A DNA stretch of 64,000 nt from a virus (Duplodnaviria; Caudoviricetes), in IMG/VR virus record IMGVR_UViG_3300005805_000068, positions 1-64,000 of that record; one strand, 5' to 3'. Each line of letters begins with the position of its first letter. Positions within the stretch are counted from its first letter, which is position 1. The position numbers were made by a program, and so were the translations under genes. This document shows positions 8,845-19,942 of this stretch, piece after piece. The notes under the pieces were generated by a model that made no database searches, had not been told where the DNA came from, and saw nothing but the letters and a program-made list of their open reading frames with translations.

Positions 8845-9417
8845 ATGACTCTAGACTTTATTAAATGGACCACTAATCAATCTATGCTAACTGAAGCAGT
8901 AGCAGAAGGTAAATTAGTGCAAGAAAAACTCAAATACGCTAAAGGCGATTTAGATCCCTGTATCTCTGAAGATACTATCAACTATCATTACGGAAAATTA
9001 GCCCGTGCTTATGTAGATAGATATAACGCAGGAGAGGGTGATCCAGATTTTAATGAAGCCGGTGCACAGTTACATAATATATTATTTGCACAATACCAAA
9101 TTCCAAAATCATCAAATCAACCAAGTGGAATTTCTAGTGAATTTATCAACGAATATTTTGGTGATTTTGACAAGTTTAAAGAAGAATTCCTAAAAGTAGT
9201 AATGGGAATACAAGGTAGTGGATGGGCCTATCTTGCTCGAAATGGTAGTATTAAAACTATCAAAAACCATCAAACAAGGAGCGATATAATACTTTTAATT
9301 GATTGGTGGGAACATGCCTGGGCATTAGATTATCAAAGTGCCAAAGACAAATACCTAGAAAATCAATGGAAGATTATAGATTGGTCAGTAATCAATGACC
9401 GTTTACATGGAGGATAA
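8845..9417 (+). CDS. sod: Fe/Mn superoxide dismutase
   Basis: Metal ligands present (YHYGK, QLHN, DWWEHA); QGSGWAYL; TTAAATA late promoter 5 nt upstream. Confidence 0.85.
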   Translation: MTLDFIKWTTNQSMLTEAVAEGKLVQEKLKYAKGDLDPCISEDTINYHYGKLARAYVDRYNAGEGDPDFNEAGAQLHNILFAQYQIPKSSNQPSGISSEFINEYFGDFDKFKEEFLKVVMGIQGSGWAYLARNGSIKTIKNHQTRSDIILLIDWWEHAWALDYQSAKDKYLENQWKIIDWSVINDRLHGG

Positions 9418-9420
9418 TTT

Positions 9421-9537
9421 ATGTTATCAACAATTTTATTAGTTTTAGTAGGCTTATTAATCGGCTGGAACACAACACAACCAGCGGTAGTAGCAAATCT
9501 TGTTGCTAAAGCAAAAGGTTTACTAGGAAAGAAATAA
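9421..9537 (+). CDS. Small membrane protein (38 aa, not in ORF track)
   Basis: MLSTILLVLVGLLIGWNTTQPAVVANLVAKAKGLLGKK; GGAGG upstream. Confidence 0.6.
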   Translation: MLSTILLVLVGLLIGWNTTQPAVVANLVAKAKGLLGKK

Positions 9538-9538
9538 T

Positions 9539-9928
9539 ATGGCATATTCAGAAAAAGTACTAGATCATTATGAGAATCCTCGCAATGTAGGTAGTTTTTC
9601 TAAAGAAGAACCAAACGTCGGTACAGGCATGGTGGGAGCACCTGCCTGTGGTGATGTTATGAAATTGCAGATTAAAGTGAATGATGAGGGCGTAATCGAA
9701 GATGCGAAGTTTAAAACTTATGGTTGCGGTAGTGCTATTGCCAGTTCTAGTCTTGTCACAGAATGGCTCAAGGGCAAGACACTTGACCAAGCAACTGCAA
9801 TCAAGAACTCAGATATCGCTGAAGAACTCGCGTTACCGCCCGTCAAAATACATTGCTCAGTGCTTGCAGAAGATGCAATCAAAAGTGCGATAGCAGATTA
9901 CCGTTCAAAAAATGATAACGCTAACTGA
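9539..9928 (+). CDS. iscU: Fe-S cluster scaffold IscU
   Basis: [47 protein letters not shown]. Confidence 0.97.
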   Translation: MAYSEKVLDHYENPRNVGSFSKEEPNVGTGMVGAPACGDVMKLQIKVNDEGVIEDAKFKTYGCGSAIASSSLVTEWLKGKTLDQATAIKNSDIAEELALPPVKIHCSVLAEDAIKSAIADYRSKNDNAN

Positions 9929-10232
9929 AGTTGCTTCTAAGAAAGTTAAAGAACATTTAGCCAAACGTACTACAGGAATTGGCTTGAGAGTTGGTGTAAA
10001 AACAACAGGATGTAGTGGACTAGCTTATGTACTTGAATATGTAGACATTCCTACAGAACACGATATAAGTTTTGTTAGTCACGGTGTTCATATTTTTGTA
10101 GATCCAAAAAGTCTAGTGTATATAGATGGCTTGGAAATGGACTGGGCCCGTAATGGACTTAATGAAGGATTTGAGTTCCACAATCCAAATACCAAAGCAG
10201 AATGCGGTTGCGGGGAAAGTTTTACAGTCTAA
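9912..10232 (+). CDS. iscA: A-type Fe-S carrier IscA
   Basis: [26 protein letters not shown]. Confidence 0.95.
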   Translation: MITLTEVASKKVKEHLAKRTTGIGLRVGVKTTGCSGLAYVLEYVDIPTEHDISFVSHGVHIFVDPKSLVYIDGLEMDWARNGLNEGFEFHNPNTKAECGCGESFTV

Positions 10233-10516
10233 TATCTACCTACTGGTAAATCTGTACTAGCAGGCATATCCCATATTTTCTTCTGTTCAACCCCTTTACG
10301 TTGAGCAAATCTCTTAGGATCACACTCGCTACACACATGAAAATAATTATTGCTTAAACGTTTAGCATCCATGTGTTTTAAATCTCTATTAAATTCTTTA
10401 TCGCAGTTATCACAACGCATTACAGCTATAGTCTTGTAACGATAATATTCGTGCGATATCCCTAGCTTGCTGACCCTTGTATAAGCGTTTTTTGTACGAT
10501 ATTTTCTTAAAAACAT
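10229..10516 (-). CDS. Hypothetical zinc-ribbon protein
   Basis: CDNC...CSEC; ATG at 10516 preferred (GTAAATA late promoter 5 nt upstream). Confidence 0.65.
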   Translation of the reverse strand: MFLRKYRTKNAYTRVSKLGISHEYYRYKTIAVMRCDNCDKEFNRDLKHMDAKRLSNNYFHVCSECDPKRFAQRKGVEQKKIWDMPASTDLPVGRY

Positions 10517-10587
10517 ATACGTATTTACATTCGGCTTACAAAATAATCGGATAAATATTCTAGCAACCATTTATCGTAGGGTATACC

Positions 10588-13500
10588 ATGGCACGTAAAA
10601 TTATAGATATCGGTACAGTAGGTAATGACGGTACCGGTGACAGTATTCGCGACTCGTTCCGTAAGGTCAACGACAATTTCAGAGAGTTATATAGTTCATT
10701 AGGGTTAGGAGAAAGATTAACTTTTGTTGGTCTATCAGACATATCACCAAATACCTATGTGGGACAAAATGATCCAGGAACTGGATCTACTCCTTTAGTT
10801 ACAGTCAACAATACAGAATCAGGATTAACATTCAAAAGACTAGTTCCTGGTGTAGGTATTGGCATTGATTTCACAGCCAACGGTGGCAGTGAAATAGTAA
10901 TTAATTCTGAATTCTCAGAAATTTCAGCAGATACAAGTCCACAACTAGGTGGCAATCTATCAGCCAAATCAGGTACCAATCAGTATCGTATTAGAGATTT
11001 AGTCACTCCGATCACCGACGATGAAGCTGCTAATAAAGATTACGTTGATACCAAATTATCAAGAGCTGGCGTTGAAGCTATTGATCCTGCCACAGGATTT
11101 GTCACATCAGCATTAGGACGCATGAGCGGTCCTTTATTACTTTCTCGAGATCCAGAACCAGAAGACGATGAATTATATGATGGCTTAGTTGCTGCTACTA
11201 AAAGATATGTTGATAATTCTGCTTTCGGATCAGTGGCTAACTTATATGTTGCTACTTCAGGTCAAGACGAAAGAACAGGGGTTAGCAAAGATTTCCAAGG
11301 TCGTGCATTAGCTTATGCTTATCGTACAATTGAAGCAGCACTTAAACGTGCTGAAGAATTACTTTTAGAATCACGTGTTGAATTAGGACCTTACAAAAAA
11401 CGTTTAACATATAACAGCGGAGTTTCTCCTTGTACATTAGATAAGATCGATACATCACCTACATCGGGAATAAATTTTGATGGTGATGTTGAAATGAGTG
11501 TTGATACTGCTACATTGAATAGTATCGGTACTAACTATTTTCCAGGAGATGTATTAACTGTCTCCGGCGGCACTATTGCATCAGGTGGTGAAGCATGTCG
11601 TATTGAAGTTTTAACAACTCTCACAACTCCGGGTGCTATTTCTACGTTTAGAATAGTTTCTTCTGGTGTTTACACAGGTCCAAGTTTACCAGGGCCTGTT
11701 GGAGTATTAACAAGTATTACAACTTCTGCAGCACCTCCGATCATCGGTGCTATTGGTACTGGTGCAACATTTAATCTTACTTTTAAAGTAAACAGCGTTA
11801 ATATTATCGATCAAGGTTCTGGTTATAGTTTAGTATCTGTGCGTATTGAAGGTGGCGGCGGCAGTGGTGCATTCGGTACGGCTGAAGTTATTGGTGGAAA
11901 AGTAGTCGGTATTACAATCACCGACCAAGGCAATGGGTTTACAAGTATTCCTACTCTAACAGTTGATCTTCCACGATTCTTTATATTCACAAATAATCAA
12001 AGAACAGATTTTACAGGCGATGTACTAAGTGGTACTCCAGAATCATTCCGTGGTAGAGATATACGTGAAGGATTATATTTACGTGGTGAAACATCAGGTG
12101 CGTTGGCACAAATTTTAGCACACAGTGGTGAACTTTCAACAGGATCTAGTCCTTATCCAATAGGCACAGCCGGTTGTGAAATATTTGATGTTGATATACA
12201 GTTTGGTGCGTTTATCGACGGTGAAGAAATTTCTTATGGTGATGTTACAAAACTTACACAAATTTCTGTATTAATTGAGAGTGGCACTTACGAAGAAAAC
12301 TTTCCTTTAAAAGTTCCACAAAACGTTGCTATCATTGGTGATGAGTTTAGACGTGTAATTATTAGACCGCGTACAGGAACTAGTTCAAGTCCGTGGGCAT
12401 TTAAAAAATTCCGTAGAGATTTAACTGTCGACGGAATAACTGTCGCTGAAAATCTATATGCCTATCACTATTTAGAGAATACAGAGAGTCCAGTTTATCC
12501 TCCTATTAAAAACAAAGGAAACTACGATGCCGCGGCAGCATTAATAGAATTAAATCGTTCATTCATGCAAGAAGAAGTTATTGCCTGGATGGACTACCAG
12601 ATTCTTAACAATATAGCTCCATTCACTACTTCTTTTCCTTATGATAAAACATTATGTAAACGTGATGTAGGATTATTGGTTGATTCTTTCATATTCGATT
12701 TGAAATATGGAGGATATGATAGAACTATCTCAGCAGCTTTAAAATATTATCAAAGTCCTAGTGCTCTAGTAGCTATCACTACACAATTATCAGAATATGA
12801 AGCTGTATTAGGTTATTTAGAATCTCTGATGCAAAAGATCATCGATAACACAGAAATCGTTCCAGTGTATCAAGATCTTTATGCTCAAATTATAGACAGA
12901 TCATTTACATCAGAAACTGAACCTATAACATGTACTATCAGCTTTGGCAATCCTGCTGATATTATTACTATCGATTCTGTAACCTTGGCTCCTACAGCAC
13001 ACGGATTACTAGCGGATGATCCTGTAGAATTTGCCTCAACTGGATCTTTACCGGATGGTATTACCGCTGGTACTAGATATTATGTAATCAGTTCAGGACT
13101 GACATCTACATCATTTAGAGTTAGCCCATCTGAATCTGGCAGTGCTGTGTTTACGACTTCAGGTGGTTCCGGAACACATACCGTAACCACTGGTGCTAGT
13201 AGCGTTATCACAGCGTTATTAAGAGCATTCTTTGAGGTAATCGATGGATCGGGATCTGCTAACTTACCTAAAGACAATGATAAAATGGATGTGTTCTTGT
13301 GTAATGACGCAAACATCATCCGTGCAGTAACCTGTCAAGGTCATGGTGGATTTATGATGGTTCTAGACCCAACTGGTCAGATACTTGCTAAATCACCATA
13401 TGCTCAAGAGTGTGCTAGCTTTTCTAAATCAATTGATGCTCAAACATTCGCAGGTGGTATGTTTGTAGATGGTTTCTCAGGAAATTTACAATTTACTCAC

Positions 13501-16500
13501 ACAGCCAGCGCATCAACCACAAGGATTAGTGTTGCTAGTCTAGAGAGACTACCTAATCTACCAGCTTCATTTATTGTTGATGACACTGTTCATAGAATTA
13601 ACTATGTTCGAGATTTTACATATAACAAAGCAGGATCTACAGCTACTTTAGTCTTAGATGAAACAACTCCATTTGTTAGAACTCCTGGATCGCAGATATG
13701 TACAATTAGCGTAGCATCTCCGGCTATTATTACCAAAGCGGATCATAGATTACAAGACGGTGCTATCGTTAAATTTTCTACCACTGGAACATTGCCTACG
13801 GGATTACTGCCTAATAAAGAATATTATGTTCTAGGTGCAGGATTAACCAATAATACATTTAGAGTTTCTGGTACATTTGGCTCATCAATTCCTGTAACAA
13901 CCACAGGTGCTGGTTCAGGAACTCACTCATATCAACGTATCTATGAAATATTAATGCCTGGTAATCGTTCTATGTTGGCCAACGACTTTACGCAGGTCAA
14001 CGATATGGGATATGGTGCTATTGCACAAAACGGTGGGTTGATTGAACTTGTTTCAATGTTTACCTACTACTGTTATGTTTCTTACTATTCTACCAATGGT
14101 GGACAGATTCGTTCTGTTGCTGGTTCATCAGCACACGGTGTTTACGCTTTAGTTGCGGAAGGATCAGATCCATTAGAAATTCCAACTCCTACAGAATCAT
14201 TTGATGATCTAGGACAGAAGGTAGTTTGTTATGCACCAAGTCCATCGTACTTTAATACATCCGGTGGATTATTTGTTTATGTTTGGAAATATAATTATCA
14301 ACCATTATCCAGTTCAGAACTTGAAGTTGACCATGGTAATCTAATCTATAGATATCCAATTACATCTGTAACAACTACAGATTTACCACCAGGTGTAACC
14401 AGATTAAATTTAACCAGTGATCCGACCGGTAATTTCACTGGATTATTTGATCAGATCCTCGATGGCACAAAAATGACCTTGAGATCAAATGCTAAGATAG
14501 TTTTAACAGGTGATCTAGTAGATGTTGCTGTTAGACCATCAACTGGTTTGAGATTAAATGAATCAAGTACAGATGTTTATCGTGTACTACAATTTGAAGC
14601 ATTGGAAGATTCGAATACTGGGGATTTACCTACAGGTTATGGTCCTTATGAGATTTCTGTAGACACAGGTACTAATACTTTAAAGGTATTAGCAACTATC
14701 GTTACAGTTGGTTATGAATACGATGATGTTACTCCGGCAGCTAACTTATGTAGAACATCTGTAAATCATAAATTAAAATTAGGTGATACATTTGTACCTA
14801 CATCAACGGCAAATGGATTAACCAGTGGAACCACATACTATGTAATTGACATTCCAAACTATGATGAATTTTATCTTTCAACAGTGATAAATGGAACTGT
14901 TGCGAGTCTGGTCAGCGGTACTGGATTGGCTATTAAAGGTGTAAAACCTCATAATCTTTTAGAAAACTTTACTATTGGATTTGAAAGTTCAGGAACATTA
15001 CCTAGTCCATTAGTCGAAGGAACGATCTACTATGTTGTTCCGGATAATCTAACATCAACAGAATTTCAAGTTTCTACTATTAAAAACGGTACCGCTGTAG
15101 ATTTCACTACCTCAGGTACTGGAACACATACCTATGTGATGCTAGGGTTAACCAGAACTACCATTAGAGAAAACTACGATTTCTTAGATCTTACTCTTTA
15201 TCAACCAGGTGAAGCAATCTATCTAAGTTCATCAATAGCCACAGTATCTATCGCTAGTCCTGGAGTTGTAACTACGTTAGCTGCACATGAATTAACCGCA
15301 GATGATTCTGTAATATTCTCTACTACAGGAGCATTGCCAACAGGGCTCACAGCCGGTACTAGATATTATGTGTTATCTACCGGATTAACATCAACATCAT
15401 TTAGACTTAGCACTGCTCCAGGTGGAGCTGTGATTAATACTTCTGGTACACAATCTGGTACACATTCATTCTCAAGAGGCGGTAAATCCAGCACCATTAG
15501 CGTTGCTAGTCCAGCCGTAGTATCTACAGTAAGCAATCATGGGTTAGTGGCCAACGATAAAATACAATTTACAGCAGTAGGTGGTATATTACCAACAGGA
15601 GTTTCTGAGTCACTTACTTATTATGTTTTATCTACAGGATTAACAGGAACTAGTTTTCAATTTAGTACTTCAATAAGTGGTTCTGCTGTTAACACCACAG
15701 TAGCTGGAACTGGCACACCTCATATTGTTAAAGCAGTTAGTACCTGTTCAATTAGTGTAGGTAGTCCTGCAACCATAACAAAAACATCACATGGATTATC
15801 AATTGGTGATGTAATTAAATTTGAAACAACGGGTTCATTGCCTATTGGTATCAGTGCTCAGGCTCAATATTTTGTTCGAACAACAAACTTTACTATCAAC
15901 AGTTTTGAAATATCCTTAGAACCAGAAGCATTACCAACTTCGGTTGCTGTTGATACTTCAGGCTCACCATCAGGACAACATTATTTCAGCAGAGTCACTG
16001 GTCGAGAAGGTGATAATAGTATCGCTGTGGTCGCTCTAGGTTCAGGAGATGTTCCAAGAGCAGACGGAACTAAATTTGTATGGAAAGGTGAAGAATACAC
16101 TATAGTTGATTATCAACCTGAAACCGTAACTAATAAACCTTATGGTAAACTGATACTTGATAGACCATTTAAAGATAGTATTATTGATTATGGTTCATCT
16201 TATACTATTCGATCAGCTGTACCTAAGAGATCACCCGGGGCAGCAGGTTCATTAACTATACGTATTTCTTTAACACGTGTAACAGGACATGATTTACTAG
16301 AAATAGGTACTGGTTCATATGCTGACACTAACTATCCTAATGAAATTTATGGTCCAAGTGTTAATGCACTAAACGACGACAACGAAGTTGACGAACGTGA
16401 CGTAGGTCGTGTATTCTACGTGACCACTGACCAATTTGGTAACTTTAATGTTGGGCCATACTTTAGAGTTGACCAAGGTACTGGTCGAGTAACTTTTGCA

Positions 16501-18231
16501 TCAGCGATCGCTCTAAGTAACCTAGATGGTATTGGTTTCAAACGTGGTGTTCCAGTTAGTGAATTTTCAACAGACTCTGGTTTCTCAGATAATGCTACAG
16601 ATACTGTACCAACAGAAAATGCAACACGTATCTATATCGAACGTAGATTAGGTATTACACATGACGGTTCACCGGTTGCTGACGGATTATTAATTCCTAG
16701 CGTAACAGGTGGATATATGGCCTTAGATGGTCAATTGGCTATGAAGGCCAATATGGATCTTGATAACAATAAGATTGTCAACGTTGGTAATCCGGTAAGT
16801 CCATTAGATGCTGTTAACCTACAGAGTTTGACTTTTGATAACTTCCAAAACTTCAGTGGTGGTGATTTATTCGCCAATGATATTTTAGTTTTCACAGGTG
16901 ACGGTGCCGAAGCTGTTAATGCTACAGTAGTGGGTGATATTGCTCTTGATATTGATTCAACAGCAAATACAGTTGACGCACAAATTAATCCTAATGTTAT
17001 CTTAGATGCTGATGTTAATACCAATGCTGACGTTCTACAAAGCAAGTTATTATTAAATCTATCTACTACTAGAGCAGCAGCACCAACCGGTACTGCTAGA
17101 GATAAACAAGCAGCCAGTGGTGTAGCAAGTTTTGATAATATTGAATTTACAATCACAGACGGTTGGGTAACATTAAGAACAGCTTCTACAACAACTAACG
17201 GAGTTTCTCCTAGTAAGTTACAATGGCTTCCAGGAACTAGTGTTCTTGGTAATCCAGATATTGGTATTAATGGAAATGTTGAATCTGTTCAATTTAGCCA
17301 GGTGGTTAATCTAGGTGAAGGTATTAGAAAAGATCAATATGGTCAATATCCTTTAATTCCAGGAGGTACTACCGGAGTCCTACGTAGAAATACTACTGGT
17401 AGTTTAGATACAGCATTTACTACCATTGACGTAGGTGTTGGTACAGCGGCGGCTCCAGAAGCTAACAAACTTATTTTAAGAAGTGCTGCTGGTAATTTTG
17501 GTGCTAACATCGGTGATCTAAGTCAATTACATATCGATAGTAGACTTGCTATTGATAGTGCTGCTGTCGCTGGAGTAGGAACCAATGGATATTTCCGTTT
17601 ATACGGTTACACAGGAAACGGCGGTATATTAATACAAGATGGTGATGATCCAGCTAACAGAAAAAATTCTTATTGGAATACCATCCATCAATTTAAAACC
17701 AGAGACGGTGCATCTGATGCTCCAATAACAGCATCAAGTGTACAATGTCAATCACTGACCACAGGTGGTAATAGAACTAACGGTGAAATAACAGGACGTT
17801 GGACCTTAACTGGTACAAGCCCAAATGAATCAAGATTACAAGCAACATACTCAGCTGACTTGGCAGAAAACTATGAAGGTGACAAAGTGTATGAAGTTGG
17901 TACTGTTCTAGTGTTTGGCGGTGATAAAGAAGTTACAACAACTACTGCCAAAGGCGATACAAGAGTAGCAGGTGTTGTTTCTAATACTGCTGCTTACACT
18001 ATGTATGAAGCATGTCCAGGACATAAGAACTTAGTAGCACTACAAGGTCGTGTACCTTGTCGAGTAGTTGGCAAGATTACCAAAGGTGATATATTGATCA
18101 CAGCAGGTATTCCTGGTGTTGCAATGTCAGCCACAGGCGACGTTAAAGTTGGAACTGTTGTCGGTAAATCACTAGTAGACTATGATTCAGATCATATCGG
18201 AACAATTGAAATAGCGGTAGGGAGAACATAA
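10588..18231 (+). CDS. Giant (2547 aa) baseplate/tail-fibre protein with C-terminal autocleaving-chaperone-like domain
   Basis: N-terminal gp9/gp10-like IDIG..GNDGTGDSIRDSFRKVNDNF; internal repeats; C-terminal ADLAENY...VALQGRVPC (peptidase G2/IMC-like); ATAAATA at 10551. Confidence 0.75.
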   Translation: MARKIIDIGTVGNDGTGDSIRDSFRKVNDNFRELYSSLGLGERLTFVGLSDISPNTYVGQNDPGTGSTPLVTVNNTESGLTFKRLVPGVGIGIDFTANGGSEIVINSEFSEISADTSPQLGGNLSAKSGTNQYRIRDLVTPITDDEAANKDYVDTKLSRAGVEAIDPATGFVTSALGRMSGPLLLSRDPEPEDDELYDGLVAATKRYVDNSAFGSVANLYVATSGQDERTGVSKDFQGRALAYAYRTIEAALKRAEELLLESRVELGPYKKRLTYNSGVSPCTLDKIDTSPTSGINFDGDVEMSVDTATLNSIGTNYFPGDVLTVSGGTIASGGEACRIEVLTTLTTPGAISTFRIVSSGVYTGPSLPGPVGVLTSITTSAAPPIIGAIGTGATFNLTFKVNSVNIIDQGSGYSLVSVRIEGGGGSGAFGTAEVIGGKVVGITITDQGNGFTSIPTLTVDLPRFFIFTNNQRTDFTGDVLSGTPESFRGRDIREGLYLRGETSGALAQILAHSGELSTGSSPYPIGTAGCEIFDVDIQFGAFIDGEEISYGDVTKLTQISVLIESGTYEENFPLKVPQNVAIIGDEFRRVIIRPRTGTSSSPWAFKKFRRDLTVDGITVAENLYAYHYLENTESPVYPPIKNKGNYDAAAALIELNRSFMQEEVIAWMDYQILNNIAPFTTSFPYDKTLCKRDVGLLVDSFIFDLKYGGYDRTISAALKYYQSPSALVAITTQLSEYEAVLGYLESLMQKIIDNTEIVPVYQDLYAQIIDRSFTSETEPITCTISFGNPADIITIDSVTLAPTAHGLLADDPVEFASTGSLPDGITAGTRYYVISSGLTSTSFRVSPSESGSAVFTTSGGSGTHTVTTGASSVITALLRAFFEVIDGSGSANLPKDNDKMDVFLCNDANIIRAVTCQGHGGFMMVLDPTGQILAKSPYAQECASFSKSIDAQTFAGGMFVDGFSGNLQFTHTASASTTRISVASLERLPNLPASFIVDDTVHRINYVRDFTYNKAGSTATLVLDETTPFVRTPGSQICTISVASPAIITKADHRLQDGAIVKFSTTGTLPTGLLPNKEYYVLGAGLTNNTFRVSGTFGSSIPVTTTGAGSGTHSYQRIYEILMPGNRSMLANDFTQVNDMGYGAIAQNGGLIELVSMFTYYCYVSYYSTNGGQIRSVAGSSAHGVYALVAEGSDPLEIPTPTESFDDLGQKVVCYAPSPSYFNTSGGLFVYVWKYNYQPLSSSELEVDHGNLIYRYPITSVTTTDLPPGVTRLNLTSDPTGNFTGLFDQILDGTKMTLRSNAKIVLTGDLVDVAVRPSTGLRLNESSTDVYRVLQFEALEDSNTGDLPTGYGPYEISVDTGTNTLKVLATIVTVGYEYDDVTPAANLCRTSVNHKLKLGDTFVPTSTANGLTSGTTYYVIDIPNYDEFYLSTVINGTVASLVSGTGLAIKGVKPHNLLENFTIGFESSGTLPSPLVEGTIYYVVPDNLTSTEFQVSTIKNGTAVDFTTSGTGTHTYVMLGLTRTTIRENYDFLDLTLYQPGEAIYLSSSIATVSIASPGVVTTLAAHELTADDSVIFSTTGALPTGLTAGTRYYVLSTGLTSTSFRLSTAPGGAVINTSGTQSGTHSFSRGGKSSTISVASPAVVSTVSNHGLVANDKIQFTAVGGILPTGVSESLTYYVLSTGLTGTSFQFSTSISGSAVNTTVAGTGTPHIVKAVSTCSISVGSPATITKTSHGLSIGDVIKFETTGSLPIGISAQAQYFVRTTNFTINSFEISLEPEALPTSVAVDTSGSPSGQHYFSRVTGREGDNSIAVVALGSGDVPRADGTKFVWKGEEYTIVDYQPETVTNKPYGKLILDRPFKDSIIDYGSSYTIRSAVPKRSPGAAGSLTIRISLTRVTGHDLLEIGTGSYADTNYPNEIYGPSVNALNDDNEVDERDVGRVFYVTTDQFGNFNVGPYFRVDQGTGRVTFASAIALSNLDGIGFKRGVPVSEFSTDSGFSDNATDTVPTENATRIYIERRLGITHDGSPVADGLLIPSVTGGYMALDGQLAMKANMDLDNNKIVNVGNPVSPLDAVNLQSLTFDNFQNFSGGDLFANDILVFTGDGAEAVNATVVGDIALDIDSTANTVDAQINPNVILDADVNTNADVLQSKLLLNLSTTRAAAPTGTARDKQAASGVASFDNIEFTITDGWVTLRTASTTTNGVSPSKLQWLPGTSVLGNPDIGINGNVESVQFSQVVNLGEGIRKDQYGQYPLIPGGTTGVLRRNTTGSLDTAFTTIDVGVGTAAAPEANKLILRSAAGNFGANIGDLSQLHIDSRLAIDSAAVAGVGTNGYFRLYGYTGNGGILIQDGDDPANRKNSYWNTIHQFKTRDGASDAPITASSVQCQSLTTGGNRTNGEITGRWTLTGTSPNESRLQATYSADLAENYEGDKVYEVGTVLVFGGDKEVTTTTAKGDTRVAGVVSNTAAYTMYEACPGHKNLVALQGRVPCRVVGKITKGDILITAGIPGVAMSATGDVKVGTVVGKSLVDYDSDHIGTIEIAVGRT
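13000..15987 (+). repeat. About seven copies of a 60-80 aa beta module in the giant protein
   Basis: Consensus H.L...D.V.F.TTG.LP.G......YYV....LT...F..S......V......SG.H; diverged at the DNA level. Confidence 0.75.
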
Positions 18232-19931
18232 TGGCATTGCCAAATCCAAATATACAATTAGGAGCTCCTCCATTATTATGGAGTGATGTACAGACAGCAT
18301 TTACGAGAGTGAATGAAAACTTTGACTCAGTGGCTGCTGCATTAGGCGTTGCTGGATTAACTCCAATAGATTTTGAAACATTAGATACTAATGTTAGTCC
18401 TACTACTGATAGTGAATACTCATTAGGTAGCAGCACAAATAAATGGGCTAATGTTTATACGTCCGAATACTCTACTGTTCCTGGTGAAGAATTAAATGGT
18501 GTATGGTTAGGTACTGCTCATATCAAAGGAATCGGTAGTACAGTTGATCTACCCCTATCATCAACAATAGGTGGCAGTTTAATTATTGATCCAACTAAGA
18601 CAACATTTAAAATTGTTAATGTAGAAGGTGAAGGTGAAATAATAGCCAGCTCATTTACAGATACATTAAATTTTGTCAATGGTACTGCTATACGATTAAC
18701 TGTTAATTCAAGTTCAGATAGTATTATATTCGATAACACAGGTGTTATCAAAGTATCAGGTACTGCTGGACAGATTGGTGTAACTTATACAGGTGCTGAA
18801 ATAGGCACTGGTGAAATCACCTTAACTAATCTCGGTGTAGTTTCTTTACTGAGCACGACTGCATTACCATCAGGAAGAACTGAAGGTGTGGGTATTAATA
18901 TCAATGCTGCCAATGGTAGCAATATTAAAATTACCAATACTGGCGTATTATCTATTTCATCTGTTACTGCAAGTTTAACAGTTACACCAAATGCTGCCAC
19001 AGGTAATGTTGAATTAGAAAATTTACTTCCAGCATATCCTGCATTCGGTAATATAGTCGCAAACGCTGGATTAATTTCAGCAGTTGGTAGCAGCAGCGGA
19101 ACAACCTTAAACATTGAACAAGGATATGGTATTGCTTTATCCACAAACAATACAACAAAAACATTAACCATTAGTCTGGACAATAGCAGTGGTGCTATTG
19201 ATCTAAATGCTAGTATTTTCGCAGACAACTCAACATTATTAGTTGACGGTGTTAGCGGTCTTATTCCAGCAGAAGTAGTACAAGGTACATTTACTGGTAG
19301 TCATGTTGGTGATTCTAAAGGTAGTGTATTTGCAGATGACAGCACATTATTAGTAGATGCTGTTTTAGGAGTTATTCCGGCAGCAGTTGTAGTAGGAACA
19401 TTTACCGGTAGTGTGATAGGAAATGTCACTGGTAATACCACAGGCACCCACGATGGAGATGTTAGAGGTTCTGTATTTGCTGATGATTCTACATTGCTGG
19501 TAGATGGTACTGGTGGGAAGATAGTAGGACCTATCAACTCGTTTGATGGTGGAAACAGCATCACTATGGATCCAGTAAACGGTGTGATCATCGGAGGCAC
19601 TGCTGGAGCACAGATCATAGGGGCAGCAGGTGCCCCTGTTTATATAGGTGGAGGTACTAGTGGTGGTACCAGTGGTGATATTTTCTTAGGCAACGGTACA
19701 AACAGAGTTTTATTTGTCAGCAATATTATCGACACTGACGATTCGTCTGCGTTGATCTTTGAACCTCCTGTAACATTCAATACTGATGTTACATTTGAAA
19801 ACGATATCACTGTGGCGGAACAATTAACAGTCAAAGGCAGTAGAGTAATTAATATAACAGAATTACAAGCTATAACAGCGGCAAGCACAAGTTTCAGTGA
19901 CTTCCAATCAAGAATAGCAGCATTGGTATAA
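18231..19931 (+). CDS. Tail/baseplate fibre protein
   Basis: TAFTRVNENF anchor-like motif; three S(V/I)FAD(D/N)STLLVD repeats; Gly/Thr-rich. Confidence 0.65.
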   Translation: MALPNPNIQLGAPPLLWSDVQTAFTRVNENFDSVAAALGVAGLTPIDFETLDTNVSPTTDSEYSLGSSTNKWANVYTSEYSTVPGEELNGVWLGTAHIKGIGSTVDLPLSSTIGGSLIIDPTKTTFKIVNVEGEGEIIASSFTDTLNFVNGTAIRLTVNSSSDSIIFDNTGVIKVSGTAGQIGVTYTGAEIGTGEITLTNLGVVSLLSTTALPSGRTEGVGININAANGSNIKITNTGVLSISSVTASLTVTPNAATGNVELENLLPAYPAFGNIVANAGLISAVGSSSGTTLNIEQGYGIALSTNNTTKTLTISLDNSSGAIDLNASIFADNSTLLVDGVSGLIPAEVVQGTFTGSHVGDSKGSVFADDSTLLVDAVLGVIPAAVVVGTFTGSVIGNVTGNTTGTHDGDVRGSVFADDSTLLVDGTGGKIVGPINSFDGGNSITMDPVNGVIIGGTAGAQIIGAAGAPVYIGGGTSGGTSGDIFLGNGTNRVLFVSNIIDTDDSSALIFEPPVTFNTDVTFENDITVAEQLTVKGSRVINITELQAITAASTSFSDFQSRIAALV

Positions 19932-19942
19932 CGGAGCGATAA

